A stretch of DNA of 64,000 nucleotides, from contig CM022665.1 of assembly GCA_012295275.1 (NCBI GenBank), positions 7,440,001 to 7,504,000 on the forward strand, read 5' to 3'. A program made the translations under genes and the position numbers. Positions within the stretch are counted from its first letter, which is position 1. The number at the start of each line of letters is the position of its first letter. Below are positions 15,093-27,322 of this stretch, one piece after another. The notes beneath the pieces are model-generated. The model saw nothing but the letters and a program-made list of their open reading frames with translations, was not told where the DNA came from and did not search any database. Origin of the DNA: Chrysomallon squamiferum. Taxonomy: Eukaryota > Animalia > Mollusca.

Positions 15093-16799
15093 GACTAAAC
15101 CCAGAAACATGGCAACTCTTCAGAGATTCATCTTAGCATCAAATATATGTGGTTGTGCAAGATAAAACTTTACACAGTCAAACATTTTTATTTTCGTATA
15201 TATCAGTTGACACTATATATTATCATTTTGAGATCAAAATAGTTTAAATCCCCAAATATTCAAGAAATAACTTATCTACTTTAAAATTAACAGTGCTACC
15301 TAAAACTATTATTTAAATAAAAAAGAAAGAAAAAAGGATTTAGTCATTAAATACTTGATGCATTCATAATTCCAGTATTAAGCTTACAAAACTGAAAAAG
15401 GAACAACAGTACCTAAAATTATTATTATTTTTTATTTATTTATTTTTTAATTTAAAGAAAAATAAAGAAATTAAGAAATTTGTTTTTAATAAAATTCATT
15501 TATTAAACACTTGATGTTTTCAGTTCCAGTATTAAGCTGGCAAAATCATGTCAAACATACTATATGAAAAATTTCCGTCCTAACATTTTAAACTCCATAA
15601 TCAATATATCTGCCAAATTAGTGATGTCTTCTAAAATGTTAAATGTAAAACATTCTGTAAGATTTATTAGCAGCATGATGATGTATAAAGCATTTTTTTT
15701 ATTTTTGTTTTAACTTTATGTAGTGATATAGCATATCTGTGATACTGCTTTTATTTATTCCTATTTGTTTTACATTTCTCAAATGAACATTATAATAAAA
15801 GAAATAACAAGTGTTTGCCTTTTTTCTTTTTTTTATTAACACCTGCAAGTTGATATTTTAAAGGCTTTCTAGGCGATGCCAAATTTGCAGTACTTGTTAT
15901 TCAAAATATTTTTCCCATTATTATATATCAGTTGCATATTTTTAGTTTCAAGAGAGACAGCTGGGCCATATTATTCACATGGTTGATGAGGATGAAGCCT
16001 ATCGCCTGTCAGGTTTTTTTTTTTTTTTTGTGTTTTTGCTGAAGCAGTTACCTGCCATAGTAAGTCGAAAGAATAAAGTGCCATAGTGGGGCCACAATAC
16101 CCAAAAGCCAAAGGGCTGATATATAGGTTAGTAAGGCCTTAAGAAACAGAGATACTGTTAGGCCTAAAACTTAGATGTTTATAATGAATGGAAAGAATGA
16201 TTAATACCCCAGCAAAAAACAATGATAAGCTGGGTGTCAGCCTTGGACATATTAACAAACTGAAATAATATAAATCAATGTGAATAATATTTTAAACAAT
16301 ATACATATATATGTATGTATAATAAATATTGAAAAATTAAATATTTTGACATATTTCTTAATGTGCGATGAAAAAAAAAAAAACTAAAAAAAACAGGTGT
16401 GCAGTAAACAATGGGTTTATTTTTTTATTATTAAGATCTTAATTTAATTTAAAAAGAAAAAAAAAAAAATTGGTAGATCTAGATGGATTCCTCTAATGGA
16501 CAGCTTTTGTATTTGAAAATCAAAATATTTTATCAAATGTCCATTGCTGAAGTTTATTCAAAGCTGCAACTGATGTTCAGTAACATTTGTACTGGCTGAG
16601 AAAGAAAACTGCCATTGAATATGTCACAATGAGCAAAATGTTCACTGGTAAGTGATTGATAACATTACAGAATTAAAAAAAAAGAAAAAAGTACTTTTGA
16701 AAATAGTTTATTCATGCATTACATACATGTATATTAATACATAGCATCACTCAGCCACTTGGTTTTGCTTAACAAAGTACACTATTATATCGGTTTAAT

Positions 16800-17102
16800 A
16801 TTACATACATATACACACATATATATATTTGTATGTATATATACATACACATATACACACATATGTATATATATTTGTATGTATATATACATACACACAT
16901 TCATACATATGTATACATACCTATATGTATGCTTGCATGCGCACACAGATGCACGCGTACGTTCATATATGACATGTTCATTCAGATGTACCAAAAGTTA
17001 ATACACATACCAGTTAAAATATCCTCCACAATGATATCATTCTGTCAATTCAAACATAGCGTAAGATGTATGTGTTTATGTGTATATATACATATTGGAG
17101 TG

Positions 17103-17172
<70 letters not shown>

Positions 17173-17175
17173 GCA
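16800..17175. repeat. Compound (CA/TA/TG)n low-complexity tract
   Basis: Degenerate catata/tacaca runs, then (GT)n at 17107-17144 and (AT)n; explains the spurious ORFs in this region. Confidence 0.9.
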
Positions 17176-17419
17176 TACATGCATGCGGGTTGATTTTGGT
17201 TTACATTTGTTTTGACTGTTTAATTATGAACATCTGACATTAAATCATTATCTCAAATATTATTCATGCACTGTTTTTTTTTTGGGGGGGGGTTTAAATT
17301 ATGTGCTTTTTAAGTGCAATAATGAACATTTTTTGTAAGCAGGATTTCACCTACTACCAAATGTCAGTAAGCAATAAAAAATATTTTTCAGGTGCCATTT
17401 TTTCCAAATATGCAGAGCC

Positions 17420-18360
17420 AGTTCTTCCGGGTGCAACTTTTTCCGTACCCCGGTGTACGCGTGTGGGTGAATGAGATAACGTAACATGTCTCTGGAATTA
17501 TATTAAAAGACTAGCATGTACTAAGACACTTAAATCAACACATGCTTGAGTACGGAATTTCCGGTTGGTAATTTCTCCGAATAATCAATCATAGTATCAT
17601 TATGCATTATTATAATGACTTCAATCTTTTTTTTTTTTTCCTACCATTTTATTGACCAAATAATAATATTAATTGAATTATTTAATTATCCTTTAACTGA
17701 AAGTGAATCCTATTGTCAACGGCACGCTTTAACCTAATAGTAACCTGGAATAACAGATCAAGTCGAGAAGTTTATTTTCATAAGTACAGGTTGCGTTTCC
17801 TTTATCAGAAACGTGTGGGGCCCGAAGTTTTGCGGAAGTTGGATTATAAGGCGATAGCCTGAGAGTAGACTGTAACTCTACATGCGAATTGCATTTATAT
17901 TTAATATACAGTTTATACAGATAACGCTCTATAGTATGTTTTATAATTTAATGCATACAATAAAGTTTGCGAATGCAAAACAATCCGAAAACTGTAAAAT
18001 AGGTATGTTAGAAATAAATATTCACAGCGTTTTTAGATGAAATTGGCCTGACGTCAGGGCCTCATTCTGGTATACTTAATGTAAAACATCTATTTCTGCT
18101 GCTCTGGGAAAGTTTTTGATTTTCGGAATTTCGGTTGAGGAATCGTCAACCTGTATCATCATGGACTGTAAGATACGAAATGATGAACCTTAGTTAAAGG
18201 CTTTCGTAAGTCTTTCCGAATGAAGAATATCAGCTTCGATTAGTTAACTATTTTTAATCTGCAACGTGCTGAAAATATAATCAAATTCAAGCAGACGTTA
18301 TATGCACATAAAGAGATTTCAGTTGCTAAATCCCCGAAGACTTCAACAATTTATTTTTTT
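17420..18360 (+). promoter_or_regulatory. CpG-enriched putative promoter / first non-coding exon of the IAP gene
   Basis: Locally high CpG density; kB-like CGGAATTTCC (17553-17562) and CGGAATTTCG (about 18124); ETS-like CGGAAGT (about 17833); CRE TGACGTCA (18049-18056); candidate donor aatag|gtatgt at about 18002. Confidence 0.55.
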
Positions 18361-18429
18361 TAATTTTTTTTTTTTAAATTTGAATGTTCATCCTCAGACC
18401 AGTAGAATTTGACAGACGGTAGTTCATTG

Positions 18430-19118
18430 ACAGTTACTTCCTTCTACTTTCTACTGTTTGTTCCGTTTCTGAATTCCGGATAGTGGTTACTTTCTTTTCC
18501 CAGTAAATTCGGGTTTGACCAGAAGATTGAAGTAATTTGATGGTACACTTCCAGGTGGGAAACTGTAGATTGGCCCATTTGTTCCCACAAAATGCTGAAG
18601 TAAGTCTAATGCAACACTGAAACGTCAGCATGTTCACTAGTTTTTTCATTGCCAGAATGACTTTTATCATCATCAGCATTCCTGCTGTTTGTATTGTGAT
18701 CCTCATCAGAATGATCTAAAGCACTGCTTGTAAAGTCAGTATCCAATTCATTAGCAAAATTTCTGTCCTCTGCCAATTCAGTTTCCTCAGGAAGAAACAT
18801 CTCAAATTCTGCTTCATTTTTGCTGTCCATAAAGTAGCACTTGGCAAAAGTAAGTGTAACAAAAATTGCAAATTTCTCAAAATATCCTATCACAACATGC
18901 TACTTTCACCATGCTGTTTTGTTCAATTTCATTCATTTATTCAGGATACTGCCTGCAATTGATTAGGTGTTAATGCTTTTATTGAAATGCAGTGCTGTGT
19001 GATTGTGGATACATTCAGGTACTCCCAGACTGTAAGGACATAAAACTTACATTTGGGTGCTTCCAGACTTTAAGGACACAAAACTTACATTTGGGTGCTT
19101 CCAGCTTTAAAGGTTTAA
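18430..19118 (-). mobile_element. piggyBac-like transposon 5'-end remnant
   Basis: Minus-strand end TTAA-ACCTTTAAAGCTGG at 19118; two 38-bp subterminal direct repeats (19025-19062, 19063-19100); broken acidic ORF MDSKNEAEFEMFLPEETELAEDRNFANELDTDFTSSALDHSDED resembling PGBD-type N-termini. Confidence 0.45.
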
Positions 19119-20746
19119 ATAAAATAGATATTGTTTTATGTCAAATCTGCAAGTATCAGTGACGTCAAACAATTGGCAGATGAGATATTTGAGTTATTTG
19201 CTATCAAGTGAATTCTGCTAACAGCCAGAGAGCAGATTGTCAGCATGTACATCAGCAGGAAAAAATAAGAGCAATAAGTTAGATATTTTTATTAGGTATA
19301 ACATTTTTTATGAATAGCTAAATTTCAATTATTTTTATTTTCATGAATCAGGAAATTAAAAATCATTGGATCTGAAAACCAAGAAATAAATAAGTGCAAC
19401 CAAATATGGAAATAAAGTGTTTTAGGTTTGGGATGTTGCCAGTGGGTATGGCTCTTGTGGTTGCAATGAAAGGAAAACACCAATTCACTCATCTATACAC
19501 TATAAAGTAGAATATATTTTTAAAACAATGTTCCCTCCAGGATTTCACTGAAATGCGCTTAACTAAACGTTGCTTAGCACTATACTGACTGATGGTGACT
19601 TTAGTTGCCCGAATAGGAGTATGAATTTTAAGAAAAATGTCAGGACCACATAAACTTTGGTTTTCACTGGAAGTCCTCGAGCAGTACTTTTGTTATTGTT
19701 ATTTTATCAAAATAACATTAACATGCTTAAAATAATTGTGCATGCATCTTACAACAAACATAATCATGAAGTTCATTTACTCAGTTTTTGTCACTTTCCA
19801 GTTCTTGTATTCATATTTCATATTTCTTGGGTGCATTTTCTGTCCAGGTTTTCTTACTAAGACATTGTCACATTCAGTTTGTCAGCAAGGGTCAAAGGCA
19901 GATGTCCTTTTGAATATACTGTTTTTTGGATGTATCAATTGTATTTGTGTCATCAGTACCTGACAGGGTGTTAAACAGATCATATCTTCTGAATGGCACA
20001 CCTAATCTAATGACAGAAATAATATTTATTAACAGTGTGGTCCTTCTGATGATGAACCACATTCTCATGTGGCCATGAAAAAAAGGTTGCCCATGCCTGG
20101 TCTGTAAAATATAAAAAGAATCAGCAGGCATTTAAATGCAGCAGAAATCCAAAATAACATTCTACTTAAGCAAATTTAAATGGTTTGTACCATTCCATAA
20201 AACCAATTAAAACAAGGAGAAACAACAGTACTGATGAGGGTTTTTTTCCCCTTTATTTTTGTTGGTTTTTTTTGTAGAGATAAAGTTGTGGAACATAAAC
20301 CCAGTAGGAACCAGCAGAGATCACTGTGGCTGCTGCATGGAGTTACAATGCAATGACTTGAATTGATTTTTGTAGATGGCCATCTCTACATAACAGTGTA
20401 TGCTATCTCTTTCCTCATGCCACAAAAACACCCATGATCATCTGCTTGAACTTGATTATTATGTTGTCTGCATGTTGCAGATTAAAAATAGTTAACTAAT
20501 CAAAGCTGATATTCTTCATTTCTTGTTCATAATTCCTTTGTGAAATTTTTCACTTAATTATCACCTTCAAAAGATTATTAGAATGTTTAGAAATTCAGTG
20601 TTTGTAAATATTCTGTATTTTTATTTATTTTTTTATTTTATTGTATTATTATTTTTATTATTACTATTATTATTAATTTTTTTTTAATTATTTTTTAGGG
20701 GCATACAAACAAACAAATGCATTTTGTATTCAGTTATGTCTGAATT

Positions 20747-23700
20747 ATGAACTTTGCACTAGATGAAGAACATCTTAAATCAGAAACTGCAAGATTACAA
20801 ACATTCTATAACTGGCCACACTCTGCATCTCAAAACCCAGAAGTCCTTGCTAAAAATGGTTTTTATTACATTGGACCTTCAGACCGAGTGAGATGTGTAT
20901 TCTGTCGTGGCATTTTAAAAAGTTGGAGATCCTCAGATGATGTTGCTGCAGAACACAAGAAACACTTCCCTCGTTGTCCATTTGTGCTGAATCACAATGT
21001 CGATAACATTCCTTTAGACAGCGGAAGTAGAGGATTGCAGTTTTCAGAACTCTTAAACCAAAATTTTTCAGGTGAAATTTCACCTGTTCTGAAACAACCA
21101 CGATACAGGCAGTATGTAGATCGATTGAAATCATTACAAGATTTACCCAGTTATGTAGTTCAAGACAGAGAGCTTTTAGCAACAGCTGGTTTCTTTTATA
21201 CAGGTTTGTAATTTACTTGTTTGTAATTACCATGTAGTATGGTTTCTAAACTTTACTAGAAACACTGTATAGATGGAGAATAAACCAGTAACTTTTAAAA
21301 GTTACATTCCAGCTGATGATTAATTTGTATAAGATGAAAGTAAATAACACAAATAAATTAAACTGACACTCTATATCTGGAGTAAATAAAAATGATAATT
21401 AGTACTAAGATCATCTTAAAGATGATATTTTTCTTCTGTAATTAATTTATGTTACAGGTATTTCTCTGGGCATATATAATTTTGTTTGTAATATTCAGTA
21501 CATAAATAATTATTTATGATTTTGAGAATAATCTTTTTAGCATTACTTCTATATTACACTTATATATAAAAGTAAGCACTTCTGCTTATAAATGTCCTTA
21601 AATTCATTGTTTTTTGTCTTTTTTAATTTTATTAAAATAGTTTTCAATGTTGTATTGTTAGGACATGGTGATAGTGTGCGCTGTTTTGCTTGTGGAGGAA
21701 CTCTTCGCAGCTGGGAAGAGTCTGATGACCCATGGATAGAACATGCTTGCTGGTTCCCTAGATGTCCATATCTTCTTCAAGAAAAAGGACAACAGTTTGT
21801 CACTGATATTCAGAGTAATTTTGTAGCCAATATTCAAAACAGACAGGTATCTGTTTATGTTTATCTGTTTATGTTTATCTGTTTAAGAGAACCAATAACT
21901 AGTAATATGTGATATCGGGGTCAGTTGTTTATTTTACAATCTAAACCTCCTTGCCCTCCAAAACAAAACAAATAAATAAATAAATAATGATAATAATAAT
22001 AATAATAATAATAATATTAATAAATTAAAAAAATACAAAAATACAAAAATACAAAAATTTTCATCACCCAGATGCCACCATTACATCATAGTCTGTGCAG
22101 TAATGTTTGAGGATTAGATATTTGTAGCTGGCATGTGCAAAACTATGTGAGTTGTTGAACACTGATAATTTGTTTTTAACTCAGAACAGTTACTCTGATT
22201 CATTTGAATTAAATTTGGATGCAGCTGTGTAAATGAAACAGAAAAGCGCAGTTCAAGAGATGTATCCGTCATTAAAAAAGGACCTCATTTCTTTGGCATA
22301 AAATAAAAATGAGGTGAATTACATTTTGATGTGTTTTAGCATAGAAGTGCACAATATGAGAATATATTTAAAATTATAGTATTCTTTGTTATTTATCCTG
22401 ACATTTTACAACGTACAAATAATTAAATAAAAAAAGAATGTTATTTAAATCTATGCTGAAAATGACATGTACATGTTGAAAATAATAAATTCTTTCACAT
22501 TTTAATTATCTGAGTTATTTTTGTTTTTATGTTAGCCTGTTCAGTCCCCTCAAAGAGAAAGTCCTCAGCCAGTGAGAAGTGAGTATGAACATCATACTGA
22601 TATTAATAATTTAATGTATTTTCAGATGCATACCAAAAAATAAACAAAGAAAAAAACAAAACAAAATGGAACATCCACTCTTCATTTGATCTAGTACAGT
22701 AGTAAACATTTCAGTTAAACTCTGTTGGTTTAGGTTCTGGCTTCCTTTGCACATTTGTGGGTGTGTGTGGGGGTATGTGTGTGAGTGTGTGTGTGTGTTT
22801 TTACATGTATATATATTAAGAGAGAGACAGACAGATCCCTAAATTTTTAATCTAGAAAATTTGAATTTAAATGCATTTTTACAAAGAGGTAAATAAAAAT
22901 CAGTTTGTATAACTACATTTTCTAAATTGTGTTTTCCTAATTTTAGGACAGCGTAACAACAGACATTTACTTCCATACATTCAAGCTGTGGTTGATATGG
23001 GTTATGCTTCTGATTTGGTGTTACAAGTCCTGCAGAAAGAGCAAAAGAAAGGTATGCACTTGTATCATATACACAACCCAATTAAGACAGTTACAAGACT
23101 AAAACAGTATTTACTTACTGTTATATTTTAAGTGTACTAACTGCATAAAAAAAATATGGTAACTGTTTTGTATGTGAAAACACAGATGTGTCATCAGGCA
23201 GTTTTAAACACTGATATGTCCTTGAGCTATGTTCCTTTACAAGGCAGGGTATATATAAACAGAAAAAAGTTCTTGTAACTGAGAGTATTGTTAAGATGTG
23301 TCTGGCTTATCTTGATTTTATCAGATTATTTTCTTAGAATTTATACCTGTTTTAATCAAAATCTTATTTAATGAATTTGTTACAGGGCATATTATTTTGA
23401 AAGCACTGGACTACTTAGCAGATCAGTTTCTGTACTTTCTCCGTTTTCTCCTGCTCTTGTATATTGCTGACTCATTGTTTTCAGGAAATAACATTACAAC
23501 ATCTGAAGCTTTGTTGACTGCTGTTGAAGAACATATTGCACAGGCTCAAAATTCAAACAGTCCATTACTGGAAAATAAAGGTAAATGCTGAATTAATCCT
23601 TTTAGTGTTAGGTGTGAAAACTTCTTTTTGTTATTGTTTTTAATTATACACGTTAATTAGACTCTTTAATGGAACGAATCTTCAGCAGGATATTATAATA

Positions 23701-24007
23701 AAGAGTTTTAATTTATGATTTAGTGTGATTGTAGGAAACAAAATTATTAATATAATCATGTATATTTATGTGAGACACTGGTTGATTATTTAATTCTGTT
23801 GCTACAGTTACAGTATCCAATCCAGAGGACCCAGGTGAGATGAGTGATGATAGAATTTTGTGTAAAATCTGTATGAACAGAGAGGTTGAAGTAACATTTC
23901 TGCCTTGTGGTCACCTGGTGTGTTGTGAACCCTGCTCCAGGCTGGTTAAGGAATGTCCAGTCTGCAGAAATACGATAAAAGGTACAATCCGCACGTATCT
24001 AGCATGA
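20747..24007 (+). CDS. Inhibitor of apoptosis protein (BIR-BIR-UBA-RING; BIRC2/3/7-like), 361 aa
   Basis: Exons 20747-21203, 21662-21846, 22536-22578, 22947-23051, 23485-23580, 23808-24007 (1086 nt, in frame). BIR1 RVRCVFC..EHKKHFPRC; BIR2 SVRCFAC..EHACWFPRC; UBA IQAVVDMGY; RING CKICMNREVEVTFLPCGHLVCCEPCSRLVKECPVCR..RTYLA*. Confidence 0.93.
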
Positions 24008-26221
24008 ATGAGTATTGTTGTCAGTCATAAAAATTGTCTGAACTCACATTACAGACAAAATGCTATGTGATTTTGTAACAGTCACTAACAAATTTCAAAA
24101 TAATAATGTTGGGGAAGGGCTTTTGTTTAGTCTGTTGGGATGAAATTCCAAACGTAAAAGATTATATATATTTTTTTTTAGGAATACTATAACATGTTGT
24201 GTCGAGCTATGCTTAAATTTCTTTATTGAATGTATGATAGCATTGTAGTCATTCAAATGCATTACTGTTTTAAATAAGACATTGGCATGATATCCCAGAC
24301 AATTAAAACCAATTTACTGTTAGCCAGCTAACTGCTACTTTTTCCTTAACTATTTTCTAATCAATCTGGATGATATCAGAGAAATTTTAATAAAAAAAAG
24401 TAACAAAAATCAAAATTAGGTTATGGAACTGAACTTCTGAAATAAAATAAACATCTTATTGTAAATTTGAACACATTTGCATTTGAAATTCAGTAATCTA
24501 ACATACTAATGATACTGTATATTTGTAATTTCCTCATACAAATAAATGCAGGACAGAAAAATTGTTTAAGCATAAGCTGTCTTAACATCATTTGGCTCAG
24601 GAACCTTCTGATGGTTATGGGAAGGAAGTTATAGAATCAAGTTGTTTTCACTGAAGTGGATTTATCCATCCACTAGTACAATGACTTTTGAAGTTTTCTA
24701 TTATTCCATACTTAACAATAATCTTTAAGAAGTTTGCCAGCATAGTAATAAACAAGAATAAATGTTCTATGAACAATAATCTTAATTTTTCTAGTCAGAA
24801 AGAATCTCTCTCAAACAAATCAGGTAATTTCCAGTATACTCAGCGAGTACAAAATGCAAAAACAGCATATAATATTTGGTACAGTTGGCTAATATGTTGG
24901 CCTAATTCATTCATTGTCAGTAGGATACATTGACCAACATCATTAAAAATGTTGGAATGGGGTAAGTTGAGACTTAACCATCTATTCAGATGTAACTGTG
25001 ACAGATTTTATTTTCACTGACCTGCTGATATCATGGACTCATTTTGATTGATAAAAGGCTCATCTTAACTGTTCACTCCTAGGCACCTGAAATTTAGGAA
25101 CATAAGAAAATCTCTAGGCCAGTTAGGTTCATCTGCTTTCAGCAATTTTTGGTAGGGTCAGTACATTTAATTGCTATTCCTGTTCATAGTGGAAGTTTGC
25201 ATAATCAAGTTGAGTGAACTTGTTTTGCCATTTTTCATGAATGAATGCAGGTTTTTAAAATTTTATAACTTTGAAAATTAGATTTGAGTTAATATCTGCT
25301 ATGGCAATCTAAAAATTCAGAAAACATTAAGATTATAAATATTATTGCCCCTTATTGAGATACTTTCTCCTCAGATATTTCATAAATTCTATAAACTGAT
25401 AGATGGGATGAAAATAATTCAGTGGTGGTTTTCTGAAATGAAATGACTTGAAAAAAACCCAACACATTTTAATTGTTGAAAATCTTATTGATAGTTCTCT
25501 ATCAAAAAATTCCTGGCTTAGACATTAAATCAATGCCCATATTGGGAAAAAATTATCTGTATTTCAAATCAAAGTGTTCAAATTATTATTTATAATATAT
25601 ATATCCAGTAGTTAATATGACAAACCCAGATCCTGATAGTTTTTAGTATATTAGTGCTTCATGAGGTTTAGGTTCAATAAGTCAGAATAAGCTTTTTGAC
25701 ATTGTGTATTCTAAGTTATTTTGCAGCTGTTTGTACTATAAACACAAATCTGTGACAATATGATGAATATCATCAAAAGCTTTATACAGTGCCATAAATA
25801 ATACTGTATGTGAAATTATATGATTACAGTATGAGTTAAATATTATTAATTTAACTGAAATGGTAATTTTGTAATGTGTTAGTAATACTAACACATGAAA
25901 TTACTATTGATATTTTGATATAAATGAGTATTACTAGGCATATTGTATTAGTAATACTCATTTATATCTAAATATCAATTCCTTTGTTGTTGAATTATTA
26001 TTATTCAGTGTTTTTTTCATATTTCTTGTTGTGTATTTTAAAAAAATATATTTTATGTTAGATTTTTGTTTTTTCTCCTTGCTCATGATTTCATAATACG
26101 GAAGTATAAGTTTAAAAATTCTGTTGACCACCATTTTTTTTTTTATTGATGTAATGTCATCAGATACAATGCAGACCAGTTTGATCACAAATGCATACAC
26201 ACACATACACATGCAGTTACA

Positions 26222-27322
26222 GAAAACGGGTTTTATGAACAAGGGGTTTGCTAAGGTTTGTAAGCTTGAGGTTCCATAATGGTCTACATGTATATAAACT
26301 CAATTTTTCTGTCACCTCTTTCATTCTGTATGCCATCTATCATTAAGAAGTCATGTCCTCACTTATTCTATGGGGTTTGATTTTGAAAGGGACAATCCCA
26401 CTACCTTAATAAATAGAAAAACTGAGGGATGATGTTTGCATGTTATAGTGACATGCAGAAATTCACACAGCCAAAGCTTCTTTCATACCACAGCTGTTGG
26501 TCTTTCTTTTTTTCGTCATCACTATCTCCTACAAATCTGCACAAACTATGTTCCCTTTAGACTGTGGCAAGATAATGTACATGTTGATTTTTGACAAGAT
26601 AATGTACATGTTGCTTATAAATATTGAATAATATCATAAATATGTGCAAATATAGAAAATAAGTTAATAGCTAATAATGGCTCCTTATTAGTTCAGATTT
26701 TTAAACAAACCCACAATTTCCATCACTGTTCACAAATCAACCTTCTTTCTGTATGTACATTTCTGTTTATGTGTGTTTGTATTATTTTTCATTTCACTAC
26801 TGAACAGCTTGACATTTTTTCTGTGGAAACCTGATGCTGAAAAATGTGAAGAAATTAGTCTATTAATAAACACACTAAGAAACTAAGCTGACATAAATAA
26901 ATATTTTAATAATGTTAAATTTTATTACATTTGAACAAAAAATAAATAATAAAATCTATTTTATGTACTTGAAGTTCTTTACTGGATCAGGGTTGCAATG
27001 AGTGTAAGACTCACTGTCAAAATGGTACCAGACACCATCAATCCATCTTAAATAACAATAATTGTTCTAATAATAGTTGTAGTAGTTAACAGTAGTTAGC
27101 AGCAGCAGTAGTAGTAGTAGTAGAAGAAAATGAAGCCATCATAGCAACTGCAGTAAAAATAATAATAAAAATTTTAAATGATCATGAATTCTCATTTAAC
27201 AACAATAATACAGAACATCAGAACACAATTCAACCATCTGTACAAAAGTGGTATTGTCATGACAACCAGTGGAAGAAAGACTGCTGATGACCAAAATGAA
27301 TATACAAATCTGCATGCATAGC
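26222..27322 (-). other. Candidate unannotated small multi-exon gene or pseudogene
   Basis: Exon-like segments 27046-27015, 26836-26742, 26528-26489, 26404-26363 and 26283-26222 have AG/GT ends and join in one open frame (WIDGVWYHFD|TSGFHRKNVKLF...KCTYRKK|EIVMTKKRKTNSC|GSGIVPFKIKPHRI|NHYGTSSLQ...). An upstream segment from 27322 contains a signal-peptide-like MQICIFILVISSLSSTGC. Confidence 0.35.

Noticed and set aside
16759-17237. ORFs of 69-134 aa (similarly 2462-2647, 6838-7188, 45289-45642, 54030-54338)
   Set aside because: Translations of microsatellite or low-complexity DNA, or antisense to real exons.
18606-18893. Independent acidic protein gene
   Set aside because: Stops and frameshifts follow immediately; better explained as a transposon remnant.
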